DNA from: Eledone cirrhosa
Taxonomy: Eukaryota
Direction: 5' to 3'
NCBI GenBank assembly: GCA_964016885.1
Contig: OZ024750.1
Span: 33,356,001 to 33,420,000 of the forward strand
Length of the DNA: 64,000 bases
In this document: one piece after another, positions 12,440 through 26,307 of the stretch
Layout of the letters: the number at the start of each line of letters is the position of its first letter
Numbering within the stretch: the first letter of the stretch is position 1
The notes under the pieces: model-generated
Database searches by the model: none
Told to the model about the DNA's origin: nothing
The model's input: only the letters and a program-made list of their open reading frames with translations
Position numbers and translations under genes: made by a program

Positions 12440-14082
12440 TTTATATACGAGGTCCTTGAAAGCCTGTACTGTATCCCATCTGTAAGTGACAAGAAGGGTT
12501 TGTATTCTAGGTCCTTGAAAGCCTGTACTGTATCACATCTGTAAGTGACAAGAAGGGTTTATATTCTAGGTCCTTGAAAGCCTGTACTGTATCACATCTG
12601 TAAGTGACAAGAAGGGTTTATATTCTAGGTCCTTGAAAGCCTGTACTGTATCACATCTGTAAGTGACAAGAAGGGTTTATATTCTAGGTCCTTGAAAGCC
12701 TGTACTGTATCACATCTGGAAGTGACAAGAAAGGTTTATATTCTAGGTCCTTGAAAGCCTGTACTGTATCACATCTGTAAGTGACAAGAAGGGTTTATAT
12801 TCTAGGTCCTTGAAAGCCTGTACTGTATCACATCTGTAAGTGACAAGAAGGGTTTATATTCTAGGTCCTTGAAAGCCTGTACTGTATCACATCTGTAAGT
12901 GACAAGAAAGGTTTATATTCTAGGTCCTTGAAAGCCTGTACTGTATCCCATCTGGAAGTGACAAGAAAGGTTTATATTCTAGGTCCTTGAAAGCCTGTAC
13001 TGTATCCCATCTGTAAGGGACAAGAAGGGTTTATATTCTAGGTCCTTGAAAGCCTGTACTGTATCCCATCTGCAAGTGACAAGAAAGGTTTATATTCTAG
13101 GTCCTTGAAAGCCTGTACTGTATCCCATCTGGAAGTGACAAGAAAGGTTTATATTCTAGGTCCTTGAAAGCCTGTACTGTATCCCATCTGTAAGTGACAA
13201 GAAGGGTTTATATTCTAGGTCCTTGAAAGCCTGTACTGTATCCCATCTGCAAGTGACAAGAAAGGTTTATATTCTAGGTCCTTGAAAGCCTGTACTGTAT
13301 CCCATCTGGAAGTGACAAGAAAGGTTTATATTCTAGGTCCTTGAAAGCCTGTACTGTATCCCATCTGTAAGTGACAAGAAGGGTTTATATTCTAGGTCCT
13401 TGAAAGCCTGTACTGTATCCCATCTGTAAGTGACAAGAAGGGTTTGTATTCTAGGTCCTTGAAAGCCTGTACTGTATCCCATCTGCAAGTGACAAGAAAG
13501 GTTTATATTCTAGGTCCTTGAAAGCCTGTACTGTATCCCATCTGTAAGTGACAAGAAGGGTTTATATTCTAGGTCCTTGAAAGCCTGTACTGTATCCCAT
13601 CTGTAAGTGACAAGAAGGGTTTGTATTCTAGGTCCTTGAAAGCCTGTACTGTATCCCATCTGCAAGTGACAAGAAAGGTTTATATTCTAGGTCCTTGAAA
13701 GCCTGTACTGTATCCCATCTGCAAGTGACAAGAAAGGTTTATATTCTAGGTCCTTGAAAGCCTGTACTGTATCACATCTGTAAGTGACAAGAAGGGTTTA
13801 TATTCTAGGTCCTTGAAAGCCTGTACTGTATCACATCTGTAAGTGACAAGAAAGGTTTATATTCTAGGTCCTTGAAAGCCTGTACTGTATCACATCTGTA
13901 AGTGACAAGAAAGGTTTATATTCTAGGTCCTTGAAAGCCTGTACTGTATCCCATCTGTAAGTGGCAAGAAGGGTTTATATTCTAGGTCCTTGAAAGCCTG
14001 TACTGTATCCCATCTGTAAGTGACAAGAAGGGTTTATATTCTAGGTCCTTGAAAGCCTGTATCCCATCTGTAAGTGACAAGA
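12440..14082. repeat. 59-bp minisatellite, 28 units
   Basis: Unit GGTCCTTGAAAGCCTGTACTGTATC[C/A]CATCTG[T/G/C]AAGTGACAAGAA[G/A]GGTTT[A/G]TATTCTA starts at 12451, 12510 ... 14044 (exact 59-bp period); last unit lacks 5 bp. Confidence 0.97.
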
Positions 14083-14711
14083 TACTGTTTAACCAACGAC
14101 GCACTTGATTAAATATGAATAACCTATATGAAAGCAAATTAAAACTATTTACTATGCAAATAATTACCAAAAGTACATAGAGATTAAATTACAGATATGG
14201 CAATGTTTTGCAAATATTGCAGCATAGCTGTTGTTCTGCAGAAGTAATTAAATGTATTTCTGATTTGATTTTAGGATATAAACATACAATGTTAGATTTT
14301 AAATTGTTGCTCTTGATATTTGTCTACTTTAATTGAAGTTAACCAGTCTTAGAGACAACAGTTTCGAAGGATTGTTTTACGATCGTTTCAGAGGGTTGAC
14401 TGTTCATGATAAATCGATGTAGTGACTAATCGATAGTAGTTATGTAACTCCAAATTATTTGTATCGATAGTGTAAATTAGGAACTTCACAGAAATTAAAT
14501 GTTCATACTTTTCTGATTTTTTTCATGAGGTAAAGTAATGGTTATCCATGTGTCCGCCATATTGCATTTCATCGGTTTTCCCAAAACCGTGTTGGTCTGT
14601 CGACAGCATGAACAAATATTATAAAGAATTTCTTCTAGTAGAATTTGTATAATTCGTTTGTCTGATGACTTGACTTTAGATAACTAAGTAGGTTGTATTG
14701 TACTGAAAATG

Positions 14712-15000
14712 CGAACGCAACCTGACTGAATCGTTAAAGAGTTGCGTTGCAATAATAACGTCCCGAGTTCGATCTCACTATGTGACATCTTGGGTAAGTG
14801 TCATTTATTATAACCTCAAGACACTCCAGAACTTCTGGGTAGACGAAAACTTTTCTGAAACCCGTCAAATGGACTGTATCAGCAGTTCAAGGGGGCCGGC
14901 CTTGTTCCACACAGAGTGGTGCTGAATCTCCTTGCGTTAAGTGTAACGTACACTTGTCTGAAAAATGACCTATGCTAGAGCAGGCTTTGAAACCTTAGGT
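14712..15000 (+). mobile_element. Degenerate tRNA-derived SINE, family B (CORE-like)
   Basis: cgttaaagagttgcg..gagttcgatctc..catcttgggtaagtgtcattt; 3' part similar to rc of 55331-55470. Confidence 0.55.
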
Positions 15001-15012
15001 AGTAAGCAACTT

Positions 15013-15086
15013 TGATTACCTGTACAGGCAATATTTATTAGAATTCTGTTGAAGTGTGTATATATTTTGGGGGGACACCCAGTATA
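15013..15086. mobile_element. Partial Tc1/mariner-like MITE
   Basis: Homologous to 44600-44700; ends ...ttttggggggacacccagTA. Confidence 0.6.
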
Positions 15087-15949
15087 TGATTCAACGTGTC
15101 ACAATGTGACTAACACAACTCTTTGTATTACAGATAGAGTCCACCAGAGGAGCGTCCCACCGGTTTCCGTCCGTTTACGTATCTTTTCAGTCACAAAGCA
15201 TATCATATTCTACTTTCTCATAAACAACACTAAAAATAGGATAGGAAGAACTTAAGGAAAGTTTACTATTCTAGATTCAAGAGCAGTTAACGTCCTTCAT
15301 AGATAATTCAAATAATTACACACTCTTCAAGTTGTTTTTATGTCCTTTATTAATTTTTTTTCTCAATATAATTAGTTTCCCAGTAATTAAAATTCAGTTA
15401 AAAGTATGTAAAGACGCCCAATGGCACTTATACATTTTCTAGCATATATGTTTATTCTTTTCTCAATAAGACATCTGGGAGAAAGAAAAGTAAGCATTTG
15501 TACAAAAGAATTTCAAATTTAATTTGTATTTGCCCAAACTTTCGATCTGCTTTTACTTCGATTCCTTTCTTGTCTTCTCTATTATCTCTCATTCTATATT
15601 GTCTCACACTCTCTCACTCTTAACTCCTTTCAACTACTTTGCTTGTTATCTCTTTCTCTTTATCTATTTCGCTTTCTCTCTCTCTCACATTTTCTCACTT
15701 TCTCCCCGATTCTCTCTCTCCCTCTCATTCACTTTCACCCTCCTTTCTCTCTCTCACACTCTCTCGCCCTTAACCTCTTTCTACCTCCTTGCTTGTTATC
15801 TCTTTCTCTTTATCTATATCGCTTTCTCTCACTCTCACTTTCTCACTTTCTCCCTGCTTCTTTCTCTTTCTCACACACACACACACTCTCACTTTCAACC
15901 TGATTCTCTCTCTCTCTCCCGCGCTCTCTCATTCACTTTCACCCTCCTT

Positions 15950-16001
<52 letters not shown>

Positions 16002-16437
16002 ATCTATTATCTATATATTTATCTATATCACTCCCTCTCTTTCACCCTCTCACCCTAACATTCTCTCCCTCTCTCTATTTATCTATCCATCTCATTATCT
16101 ATATCACATTCTCTTTCACCCTTAGTCTCTATCTATTTATCTTTCTCCCTCTCTTTCTCTCCATCTCTCTATCTATCTATCACCCTCTCTCTCTATATAT
16201 ATCTATCAATTTATCTCCTCTTTTGCTCTCTCTCTACCCCCCCCCCCCCACTCCGCCCTCTCTCTCTCTATATATATATATCTACTCTTGCTCCTCCCTC
16301 CCACCCCTTCTCTCACTCACTACCTCTCACCTGTACTGTTACAAGATAATTTGACAAATACGTTATTTGAAGTAATATTTCAGACCACTTTGATTACATG
16401 TTATTGCAGACAATGCCATGTATGTAAATATAGTTAA

Positions 16438-16568
<131 letters not shown>

Positions 16569-16741
16569 CGTGTGTGTGTGTGTGTCTCTGTGTGTCTGTG
16601 TGTATATGTGTTTATGTATGCATATATATATATATATGTATTGAAGTTTCCATTGAAAATTGAAAAAGTCATAGGAGTGAAGAGTGCTCTGTGTAATTAC
16701 CAGAGGAAAATTTTATGTATAATAAACAATACAATATAAAT

Positions 16742-16813
16742 ACCTCGTTACCAGAGGTTTCCCGAATAAGACGAATACGAAAGAAACGTCCTCATTCGTT
16801 CGTCAGACGAGGC
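16742..16813 (-). ncRNA. Type I hammerhead ribozyme
   Basis: rc: gcctcgt-CTGACGA-acgaatgaggacg..cgtcttattcgg-GAAACC-TCT-GGTA-acgaggt; 7-bp stem I; element lies next to a (CA)n/(TA)n tract. Confidence 0.85.
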
Positions 16814-17183
16814 AATCCCGTGGAAGAGGAAATGGTATATATTTTATCTGGTGATTCTATAGACATGTTTTATGATATATAGCTCTGATTATTTAATTTA
16901 TTAATTCTTCATTGAGCCACAAAGTGACCCGTTGCAAAACACATATATATCTATGACTTTATATATATATATATATGTAAACCTTTATATGTAATAATCT
17001 CCCGTTAGGTTGAGATACAATTTTGGCTGTATTGGGCTGCGCTTTCTAGCAAAAAGCCTACCAGCCGTAAGCAACTAATCACATCCTTTCTAACTTGACC
17101 GCTGCCACGTCACGATTCTTAGCCATTATTGAATGTATTCTTGGCGCGACCACTTTGGAAAATTAATTGTCTAAATTTGAGCC

Positions 17184-17261
17184 AACTCCTGAAGAATCCG
17201 AAGCTCTAGATATCCAATTTTATCGGATGTCTTAAAATGCGGACGAAACCATGGTAGAGGT
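17184..17261 (+). ncRNA. Type I hammerhead ribozyme
   Basis: aactc-CTGAAGA-atccg...cggac-GAAAC-CATG-GTA-gaggt; palindromic stem III; inside a ~400 bp segment between (TA)n tracts. Confidence 0.75.
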
Positions 17262-17374
17262 AATTAAATATGTACACTTTTCTTCTAGTTTATTTTACAC
17301 CTAATTCTGTTTAGTTGACTGTATATCTGGTCGATTTATACATGCTGTCGAAATATTCGATAAATACTCCGTCG

Positions 17375-17386
17375 TATGTATATATA

Positions 17387-17463
<77 letters not shown>

Positions 17464-17588
17464 TATATATATATAATATACATATATATATATATATAAT
17501 ATACATATATATATATATATAATATACATATATATATATATATAATATACATATATATATATATATAATATACATATATATATATATA

Positions 17589-17654
<66 letters not shown>

Positions 17655-17673
17655 ATATATATATATATATATA

Positions 17674-17710
<37 letters not shown>

Positions 17711-17741
17711 ATATATATATATATATATGATATATATATAT

Positions 17742-17784
<43 letters not shown>

Positions 17785-18029
17785 TATAATATATAATATA
17801 TAAATATATATAATATATATATAATATATATTATATATATATATATAATATATATATAATATATATATATATTATATATATATATATATTATATATATAA
17901 TATATATTATATATATAATATATATTATATATATAATATATATAATATATATTATAATATATATTATAATATATATAATATATATTATATATATAATATA
18001 TATAATATATATTATAATATATATTATAA

Positions 18030-18073
<44 letters not shown>

Positions 18074-18229
18074 ATATTATATATATATATATATATTATA
18101 TATATATATATTATATATATATATATATTATATATTATATATATATATATTATATATATATATATATTATATATATATATATATTATATATTATATATAT
18201 ATATATTATATATATATATATTATATATA

Positions 18230-18269
<40 letters not shown>

Positions 18270-18356
18270 CATATATATATTATATACACATATATATATA
18301 TATTATATACATATATATATATATATTATATACATATATATATATATATTATATAC

Positions 18357-18413
<57 letters not shown>

Positions 18414-18422
18414 ATATATATA
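17375..18422. repeat. ~1 kb degenerate (TA)n
   Basis: Direct reading. Confidence 0.95.
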
Positions 18423-18589
18423 TTTTCCTCCGCTGTGACCCGTTTTTTCATTCTTACTGCTTCTTCTTTCTTTGTATCATTCACCTCCCTTTACCCTCTC
18501 TAACAGTCACTCTCTCTGTTAGCCTCTTCCTCACCCTTCACTCACTCACTCTCTGCTACTCCCTCTCCTACTTCCTCCCGTTTGACCTG

Positions 18590-19000
18590 TGCGAAATTAT
18601 TTCCTCGCGCACACTTTGACCAGGTTGGTTGTTCCTTTTTTTCTCTCTCGTCTACGATTTCACAGAACTTATGTTCACCGAATTCAGGCACTAGACTCCT
18701 TCTTCCTCCCGTTTGACCTGTGCGAAATTCTTTCCTTGCTCACATTTCGACTAGGTTTGATGGTCTTTATTCTCTCTCGTCCATGATTTCACAGAACTTA
18801 TATTCATAGAATTCTGGGACTTGACTCCTTCTTCCTCACTTTTCGTTGCATTACTATCTATGATTATTTACAGTCTCGCTCGTTCCCCGTATTTACCTTT
18901 CTTTAGCCGTTGCTCGCACCAACCGGAGGTATATGGTCTTTAAAGCGAGGAAATACCAATGAAGGTTGGAAGATTACTTATGAAGGACTAACTTTATTTA
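18590..19000 (+). mobile_element. (TA)n-flanked dispersed repeat (also 22065-22320 - and 28830-29066 +)
   Basis: Shared ttagccgttgctcgcaccaaccggaggtatatggtctttaaagcga..gaaggac; internal ~130 bp duplication. Confidence 0.75.
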
Positions 19001-19178
19001 TATCTATATATATATATATATATATTAAAATAACAGATTAAAGTTTAAGCAAATAATCGCTGCTTATATATATATATATATATAAATGTAATCTGAGTTT
19101 TTTCGAATATTAATAATAACATTTGATTCGTTTGAAATTATGCAATCAAGCCTCATTTTCAAAGTTCTGTAAACAGAA

Positions 19179-19219
<41 letters not shown>

Positions 19220-19329
19220 TATATAGAAAATTGAGGTTGGTAATGGCACATGGAATATATAAGAGACAGAATACATTTTTGTGAAAAAACATATAATTTT
19301 ATAAGGTAAGGAAATAATAAAGGGTATAA

Positions 19330-19376
19330 AAAATGACGGTTTCGATGGGTCTGCAACAGCCATCTTTTCAAATGTT
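19330..19376 (-). ncRNA. Candidate hammerhead with U3-A8 core variant (TTGAAAA), defective stem III
   Basis: rc: aacat-TTGAAAA-gatgg-ctgttgcagac-ccatc-GAAAC-C-GTC-atttt. Confidence 0.4.
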
Positions 19377-19534
19377 GATTAATATTAAGAAAAATTAATA
19401 ATACGAAGAGTTAAAATTTGAGATTTGAAAATTCAAGTATAAAATTCATTGTGGGATTTCATAGTAGTTTTCATCTAGGTAGCAACAACAAGTTGACTGC
19501 TGTGTCCCTTTCTGGTAGTGAATGTATATATATA

Positions 19535-19722
19535 TATATGATAAGTACGGAATTCGTTCCTTTGTTGTGGTTTCGGATCACTTTTTTCCGCCTACAGCAA
19601 TTGGCTTTCTTGATGAAAGAAATCATCGAAGGAAATCATTCGAAGGAAATCATCAAGAAAGCTATGGGCGGAAAAAAGGACCGAAACCACAGCAAAGGAA
19701 CGAATTCTGTACTTATCACGTA
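19535..19722. mobile_element. MITE with long TIRs, probably Tc1/mariner-derived
   Basis: tgataagtacggaattcgttcctttgttgtggtttcgg...ccgaaaccacagcaaaggaacgaattctgtacttatca, TA at both ends; inner arms gctttcttgatga/tcatcaagaaagc. Confidence 0.85.
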
Positions 19723-19839
19723 CTAATTGTTATAGACGCACAATAACTAGTAACATATGTGCATATATCACAGGTAAACTGTGAACTGTAATGTTTATGT
19801 GGCCACTACACCAATATTCTATACTTACTCTGAGGGAGT

Positions 19840-20340
19840 CTTCTTCTTCGTCCATTTATTCTTGTGAGGGTCGTGGGGGAAGAATCTCCCTGCAGCGTGA
19901 CTTTTCAGAGGCTACCATTTGCAACTGATCCTGTTGGATCCCCAAGCATGACCAGCCAAACTCATGGATGCTATTCAACCATCTTGCACAGGGCCTAACC
20001 CTGGGTCTCCTGCCTGTTGGTTTTGCCCATAAAATCTGTCCAGCTATTCTTTCCTGAGACATTCTAACCACATAGTGTCGGAGTTGTGACTACTCAGTTC
20101 GGAGAAGTAGCAGCTCTACCTGGAGTGACTCTCTGATCTCCGAGCTACGCACTCTATCGAGTAAGGTTACTGCAAAGACCCTTCAATAATCACATATCGG
20201 CCGCCTGTGATTGCGATCGTATTATTTCGGTTATTACCCAAGATTCATGACAAGGGTGGGTATGAATACCGAAGTGAAGATAACGAGTTTGGCTTTTACA
20301 CCCACCTTCCTTCTTCTGATTAGCGTATGCTGAAGCTAGA
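19840..20340 (-). mobile_element. RTE-like LINE 3' end, short (GAA)n tail
   Basis: ORF 19856-20071 VRMSQERIAGQILWAKPTGRRPR.RP.ARWL; same family as 10785-11387. Confidence 0.85.
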
Positions 20341-20586
20341 GTCGATATACAAAATATAAAGATTATTCAAAGACCTCCACATTTTGAAGTTGACTTTTAT
20401 GTATCGTTTCTTAATTAGTTTCACAATAACGATAAATTATGAAAAGAATACTAACAGCATTTATAGCTTTTCAACCAAGTATATTTATCAATGTTTTTCT
20501 TTAATTTTTTTAAATAAGAAAAGTAAGCATTTGTACAGAAGAATTTAGAATTTAATTGTCATTTCGCAAATATTTATATTGTTATT

Positions 20587-20655
<69 letters not shown>

Positions 20656-20835
20656 GTTTGCCACTTCTCTCCCACTGTTTCTGAAGCTGCAGGGTAACAT
20701 GACAAGCAAGTTAATTAAAAGAAACTTGCAAATCTCTCACACACTTTCATAAATTATTACATCTTATTTCAGATTATATTTTTGCACATATTCTTAATAA
20801 TATGCAATCATATATGTACACACACCTACATCTGA

Positions 20836-20866
<31 letters not shown>

Positions 20867-21231
20867 TATATTTCTCCGCATACACACATGCGCAATTTTG
20901 AGTGTATATATTTACTGAACTACGGAATGTATCACTGGAGATTTAGCCAAAATTGTACGTATAGAATGTTGCAAAAACCTCGTATTTGTATGAAATATAT
21001 TCGTGAATAGAAAGCGGGGGATCAGCTGGACAAATTTCCCTCCTTTATTGGGATTTCATAAGTTAATTAATTCATTCTTGTAGAATCCACAGTCAACTAC
21101 TTATAACTTTATTATTGCTGGAAATGTTAAGGCTATTAAATAGACAGGTGTGTGTATATAATGTATTCTTGGCAGCTACTTCGATAAATTATTAAAAACT
21201 ATATACACATGATATTATTTACAGTAACGGA

Positions 21232-21706
21232 CTGAGTTCAAATCCCGCCGAGGTTAACTTTGCCTTTCATCCTTACGGGGTCGATAAAATAAAGTACCAG
21301 TAATGTACTGGGTAATTGCTGGCCTTGTGCCTAAAGTAGAAACAATTATTTACAGTAACGATAATAATGATAATAATTGTTTCTACTTTTGGCACAAGGC
21401 CAGCAATCACCCAGTACATTACTGGTACTTTATTTTATCGACCCTGTAAGGATGAAAGGCAAAGTTAACCTCGGCGGGATTTGAACTCAGAATGGCAAGG
21501 GCCGTAACTTTATGCGTCAAAGCATGGCGTCCGACGCTCTACCGATACTGACATGACAATAATGATTGTTTCTACTATTATACTATTATCTATTATAGTC
21601 TAAAAGTAGAAACAATTATTATTGTATTGGCAGTATCGGTTTTTGGCACAAGACCAGCAATTATCCCAGTGCATTACTGGTACTTTATTTTATCGACCCC
21701 GTAAAG
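21232..21706. mobile_element. Cluster of family A SINEs (21232-21350 + with 16-bp TSD; 21375-21551 -; fragments 21600-21706)
   Basis: TSD attatttacagtaacg at 21214-21229 and 21345-21360. Confidence 0.85.
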
Positions 21707-21707
21707 A

Positions 21708-21971
21708 TGTTTTATAAATAGAGACGTGCCCATGAATATCATGGGTACGTCTCTATTTATAAAACAAACTTTGTATTTTATCTGATGAAAGCGTACCAAT
21801 GTTGTCTTGGTTGCCCTTGAAATATATATAATAAAATAAACATGGTTTTATAAATATAGTTTCCATTTATTTAATATCATTGAATATTTACTCCAGTAAC
21901 TGTTGAGTGCGCTAAATCAGTTATAATCATTTATGTTTGTCGGACTGCCAACAAATTAAATACAACTTCTA

Positions 21972-21975
<4 letters not shown>
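21708..21975 (+). mobile_element. Family H1 element with 5' inverted duplication
   Basis: gttttataaatagagacgtgcccatga-ata-tcatgggtacgtctctatttataaaac hairpin, then HHR; 3' end runs into (TA)n. Confidence 0.85.
21774..21838 (+). ncRNA. Minimal type I hammerhead ribozyme (family H1)
   Basis: tattttat-CTGATGA-aagcgtacc..ggttgccctt-GAAAT-ATAT-ATA-ataaaata; 8-bp stem I. Confidence 0.8.
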
Positions 21976-22012
<37 letters not shown>

Positions 22013-23091
22013 ATGAGAAGAATGAATACTGCGTGGTTGCACATGGGTTACATATGATCAAAATAGTCCTTCATAAGTGATTTTCCAACCTTCATTGGTA
22101 TTTCATCGCTTTAAAAATCATATACCTCCAGTAGGTGCGAGCAATAGCTAAATAAAGCTATTGGGACAAGTAAATCGCGTAAAGCGAGCGAGACAAGTAA
22201 ACAAACAGAAGGATAGCAACGCAAAGATAGGAAAAAACAAGCACATGGGAGTCCAATCAGCTTAAGTTGTGTGGATTTCATGAGCGAGAGACAAGTCCGT
22301 GCGACGCGAGTGAGGTGTGAGCAAGAAAGGACCCCCACTTCAGGCCAAATGTATATATATATATATATATACGGAAACTATTATAAACAGTTCCTCATCT
22401 TCCTTAGGTAAACCCGGAATGTTTTCCCTCTTGTTAAAATATACATACAGTCCTATGGAACCGGCCGAACAGATAGTTATGACACCTTACCAGACTAGAG
22501 TTGATTTTTGGGGGGTGTCTGATCATAAAAGAAAATACTAGTTAATTAGTGCACTGAGGTGCCCTTCCTATGCATTAGAGTAATTGATAACTAAATTTCT
22601 TTATCAGGAACTCAATTAGTATTATCATATAAATGCTTTGCTCTTTAGCCAAGTGTCAGATTAGGCAAATTTAACTTAATCTTTCTAACTAGCCTCTTTG
22701 ATTGTTAGACGCTGAAACTATATTCTTATCTTTTTGAATTGTAGTTTACCGTTTCTATAAATGAAAGATATTTGTATAGAATTCTCTCTTAATGTCTGAC
22801 TGTCTTCTTTCTCCCTCCCCTTTTTTTCAGGCCTGTTCAAACCCCCGCTGCTATGAAGGAATTTAACTATGTACATGATAATCCCTGATCATTGACCAGG
22901 CCCCGTAACAGACAAGAAAAACAACAAATTTTAGGTTTATTTGCTTAGATATTTCTGCTTTTCTTTTTTCTTTTTGACTGCATGCCCATATATGGACTGT
23001 ACCCCTTAATAAGTTCAGCTAGATTCCCGCCGTTCTAATTAGATCGGATCTCGTCTTCGAAACGCCCGGAGCTCAGCCGTGGTGGTCCTGG

Positions 23092-23262
<171 letters not shown>

Positions 23263-23988
23263 TATATATATATTCACGATATTCTTTCAGAGATAACTGT
23301 CTGAATTATGATGTTCTTGATGTAAAGAAAGCAAGAATTATAAGAATATACGAAGAAAGAAAAACTAGTGTATTTTTATTTGAACATAAAGGTTTTCAGT
23401 AAATAATTCAGAGCCATAATGAAAATCCTATCTTTCGTCAGATAAGAATGGTTTTTGAAAAATGCCCACTGGTATATGACGATACTTATGCAGCTTCGAA
23501 GAGGTTGGAAATAAAATTAGAAAATAAACAGAGAGGATAGAAACACGGATATGGGGAACTGTTGTATATATAAGATAGGGTGATTAAAAGAGCTTTTAGA
23601 GAAATATTTCAGAAATAATTGATTACATCAAGTGTGTGACGTTCAAAAATAAGTCCTTTTGAAAATGTAATCACAAAAGGTTCGGAGGGATGATAATGAA
23701 AAAAGAAAATTAGATAGAATGATTGAGATGTAGATGAGGAAAGATAATGTACCTATAATGAGATGTGAAAAATAGGTTTTAGATAAGTAATTCCGAGATA
23801 TTATATGGGATTCAATTATTATATCAAGAATATCATACGAAATACGAAGTATGTTATTGAATATAGAAATGAAAACAACGTTTTACCAGGAATGTTAAAG
23901 AAATGCATTTTAAGTACACATGCCCATACACATACATACACACATACATACATACATACACATACATACATATATACATACATGCATA

Positions 23989-24055
<67 letters not shown>

Positions 24056-24099
24056 GGATACTATTTATAGCTATGTATATGTTAAACTATAAACAACTA

Positions 24100-26246
24100 T
24101 AAACAGGGAAGGTCAGTAATTTATTACTACCTTATTACCAGTAAGATAAATAGCTCAATTTAAGAACATCAGTTGCTTTACAGAGCAGTAATATTGAAAT
24201 CAAAGCTGTGTTCAAAACATTTATCCGCTGACAATTGTTTCTTCCAAACCTAGGTTTGGAGTCTTCAGACCATTTTTAATGTTTGTACATATATAATTTA
24301 CCTCCTACTCAACGTAAGAGACATACAGATACATATATATATATATATTGATGTAGAGTGTGGAGTTGATGCGACATATATTACATTATACTATATTTGT
24401 ACAGTAATTCAAATTAAGATTAAAATCAAAATTCAAAAGCAAGATTAAAAGCATAGGTTGGAATACATGCGACATATAGTACAGATAGAAAGAGTGTCGG
24501 AATCGGTGTTGGCACGATGCAAACACTTCCGATTTTTTATTAAGGAGGTTAAGATTCGAAAAGATTATAGTATGGGTCTCTAGTAGACAGAGGTTACAAA
24601 ATTTATTAGGTGGTTTATACGATGCAGCTCTACCTACCACTTCCCATTGAAGTGTATATGATCTATTCCTAGTTTTCAGATAGTGTATGTAGCTAGATAG
24701 TGAAGTGCAGTTGGCTAGATTGTATTTTTTGAAAGAATGGAGATGTGAGTTGTATCTCGTCTTGAAGCAGTTCGAAGTAGAGCCTATATAGGTTTCAGAA
24801 GTGTTGTTAGTGTCGATCGTGCATGAGTAAATGATGTCCTTGATTAAGCAGTTTTTACCTAAAGGGCAGATTCTATTTGATCTACAGTTACATTTATTTT
24901 TGATGTTATCTTGTCGGTTATTATGTTGTGTAGAAGTCTGGTTTCTAGGCATTGCATTAGGGCTATGAATGTTGTCGTTCCTACTGTTATTGATTTCCCT
25001 AGTGTTATTACTATTGTTATTAAGGTTTGTAGTTATTATGTTGTTTTGAAAGTTTACCCCCTGCTGTGTTTTAGTTTGTTGAAAATAAGTATTAATTTTT
25101 CTTTTATTACTACTAGCTATGTTGTATGCAATGTTAGGTGTGGTAGAGTAGGAGATTTTAATGGCGTTTTTATTTATAAGACTATGGTACGTGTGGCCAG
25201 ATGGGAAGTTTTTATCCAGGATTGAGAAAAAAGCCTTAGGTAGGTTGATAGAGACGTTTAGATTGAAAGGGGGATTGAAAAATGTATTAGTTCTTCTTCT
25301 ATTTTTGCTTTTTATATCTATTGAGGTATTTCTGTTTATAGTATTTTGGTGTCTACTCTGGTGCGAGTTTCGTTTGATGCTACCCTTCGTATTAGTGTGA
25401 GTGTGGTTATTATTCTTATTACTATTTTTCCTCATGGTCATATTGTGAGAAAAAATGTTGTAACTATGTGATTTTACAGGTAGGAACTCAATCCCATTAT
25501 TATGGCCTGATTCAGCTAGTGCCTGATTATAGTATTGAGAATTATTGCTAAATATGGTTTCGTTATAAGATAGATTAGAGATTCTATTAGATATTCATTT
25601 GGTGATTGAGTTTAATATGGATCTAGAGTGGTAAAGGGTAGCCAACAAGGAAGTTAACATTTTTAGTGTTTTTGTCTATGGTGATACTTAAGTTATAGTT
25701 TTTGAAATTTTATGCAATAGTTTCCTAGTTCTTTCTATATTAAATTGTTTATAGTCTATAAGGAGTAGTGCATCGTCGCGGTATAAACCACCGTTGAGGT
25801 ATGGTAGTTCCTTATGGATTTCATTTAGTAGATATAGGGCCACCAAATCAGTGATCTGCGCCGAGTCACTAGATCCCATAGTTATGTCAAAGTTGTTATG
25901 CGTTTCTTTGCGGGTCCATAACTGATCTTCAAATGCAATTATGGTTTTACGGGCCGCAAGTATGACATCAATCTGGGGTTTAGTCAGGTCACTATTGTTC
26001 ATGGCCATAATGAGTGCCTTATTTGATAGGATAGGGGAAATAGAGGTGTAGTATGAATTGATATCAAACTGTATAAATTTTTTATTTTTGTTCTTATTAA
26101 TATCCTTAAACCATTCAATAACTTCGCCCGTATTTCCCCACTGTTTAAGGTATATTTTGTGCTTAATCTGTGGGATGATTTTATCTAAAATGTTCTTACT
26201 GATAATGCCAATATCAGATTTGGAAGGGCAGATTAGTCTTATCTAA
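24100..26246 (-). mobile_element. Penelope-like element, 5'-truncated: RT + GIY-YIG + pLTR
   Basis: RT: RLICPSKSDIG..FIQFDINSYYTSI..FDITMGSSDSAQITDLVALY..GGLYRDDAL. ORF 24386-25441: FFNPPF..CNCRSNRICPLGKNC..IIYSC..YIGSTSNCFKTRY..FCNLCLLE..CQHR. Stops and frameshifts between the two; (TA)n at both ends. Confidence 0.93.
24225..24273 (-). ncRNA. Minimal type I hammerhead in PLE pseudo-LTR
   Basis: rc: tggt-CTGAAGA-ctccaaacctaggtttggaa-GAAAC-AATT-GTC-agcg; stem I imperfect. Confidence 0.75.
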
Positions 26247-26307
26247 TATATATATATATATAGTGACGAAACATAAGTCAATTGCATGAACTCATAATCG
26301 TTTATTT

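Noticed and set aside
12440-14082. CRISPR-like array or tandem ribozyme satellite
   Set aside because: No unique spacers and no cas genes. The unit has GAAA but no CTGANGA on either strand.
14375-14415. GAAACGATCGTA on the minus strand
   Set aside because: Core reads ATCATGA and stem II is poor; at most a very old remnant.
18930-19000. Hammerhead in the three-copy ttagccgttgctcgcacc family
   Set aside because: CC[A/G]ATGA and CTGCTGA-like words are present, but no consistent GAAA and stems across the three copies.
23385-23450. CTGACGA...GAAAA on the minus strand
   Set aside because: Stems I and II pair too weakly to call.
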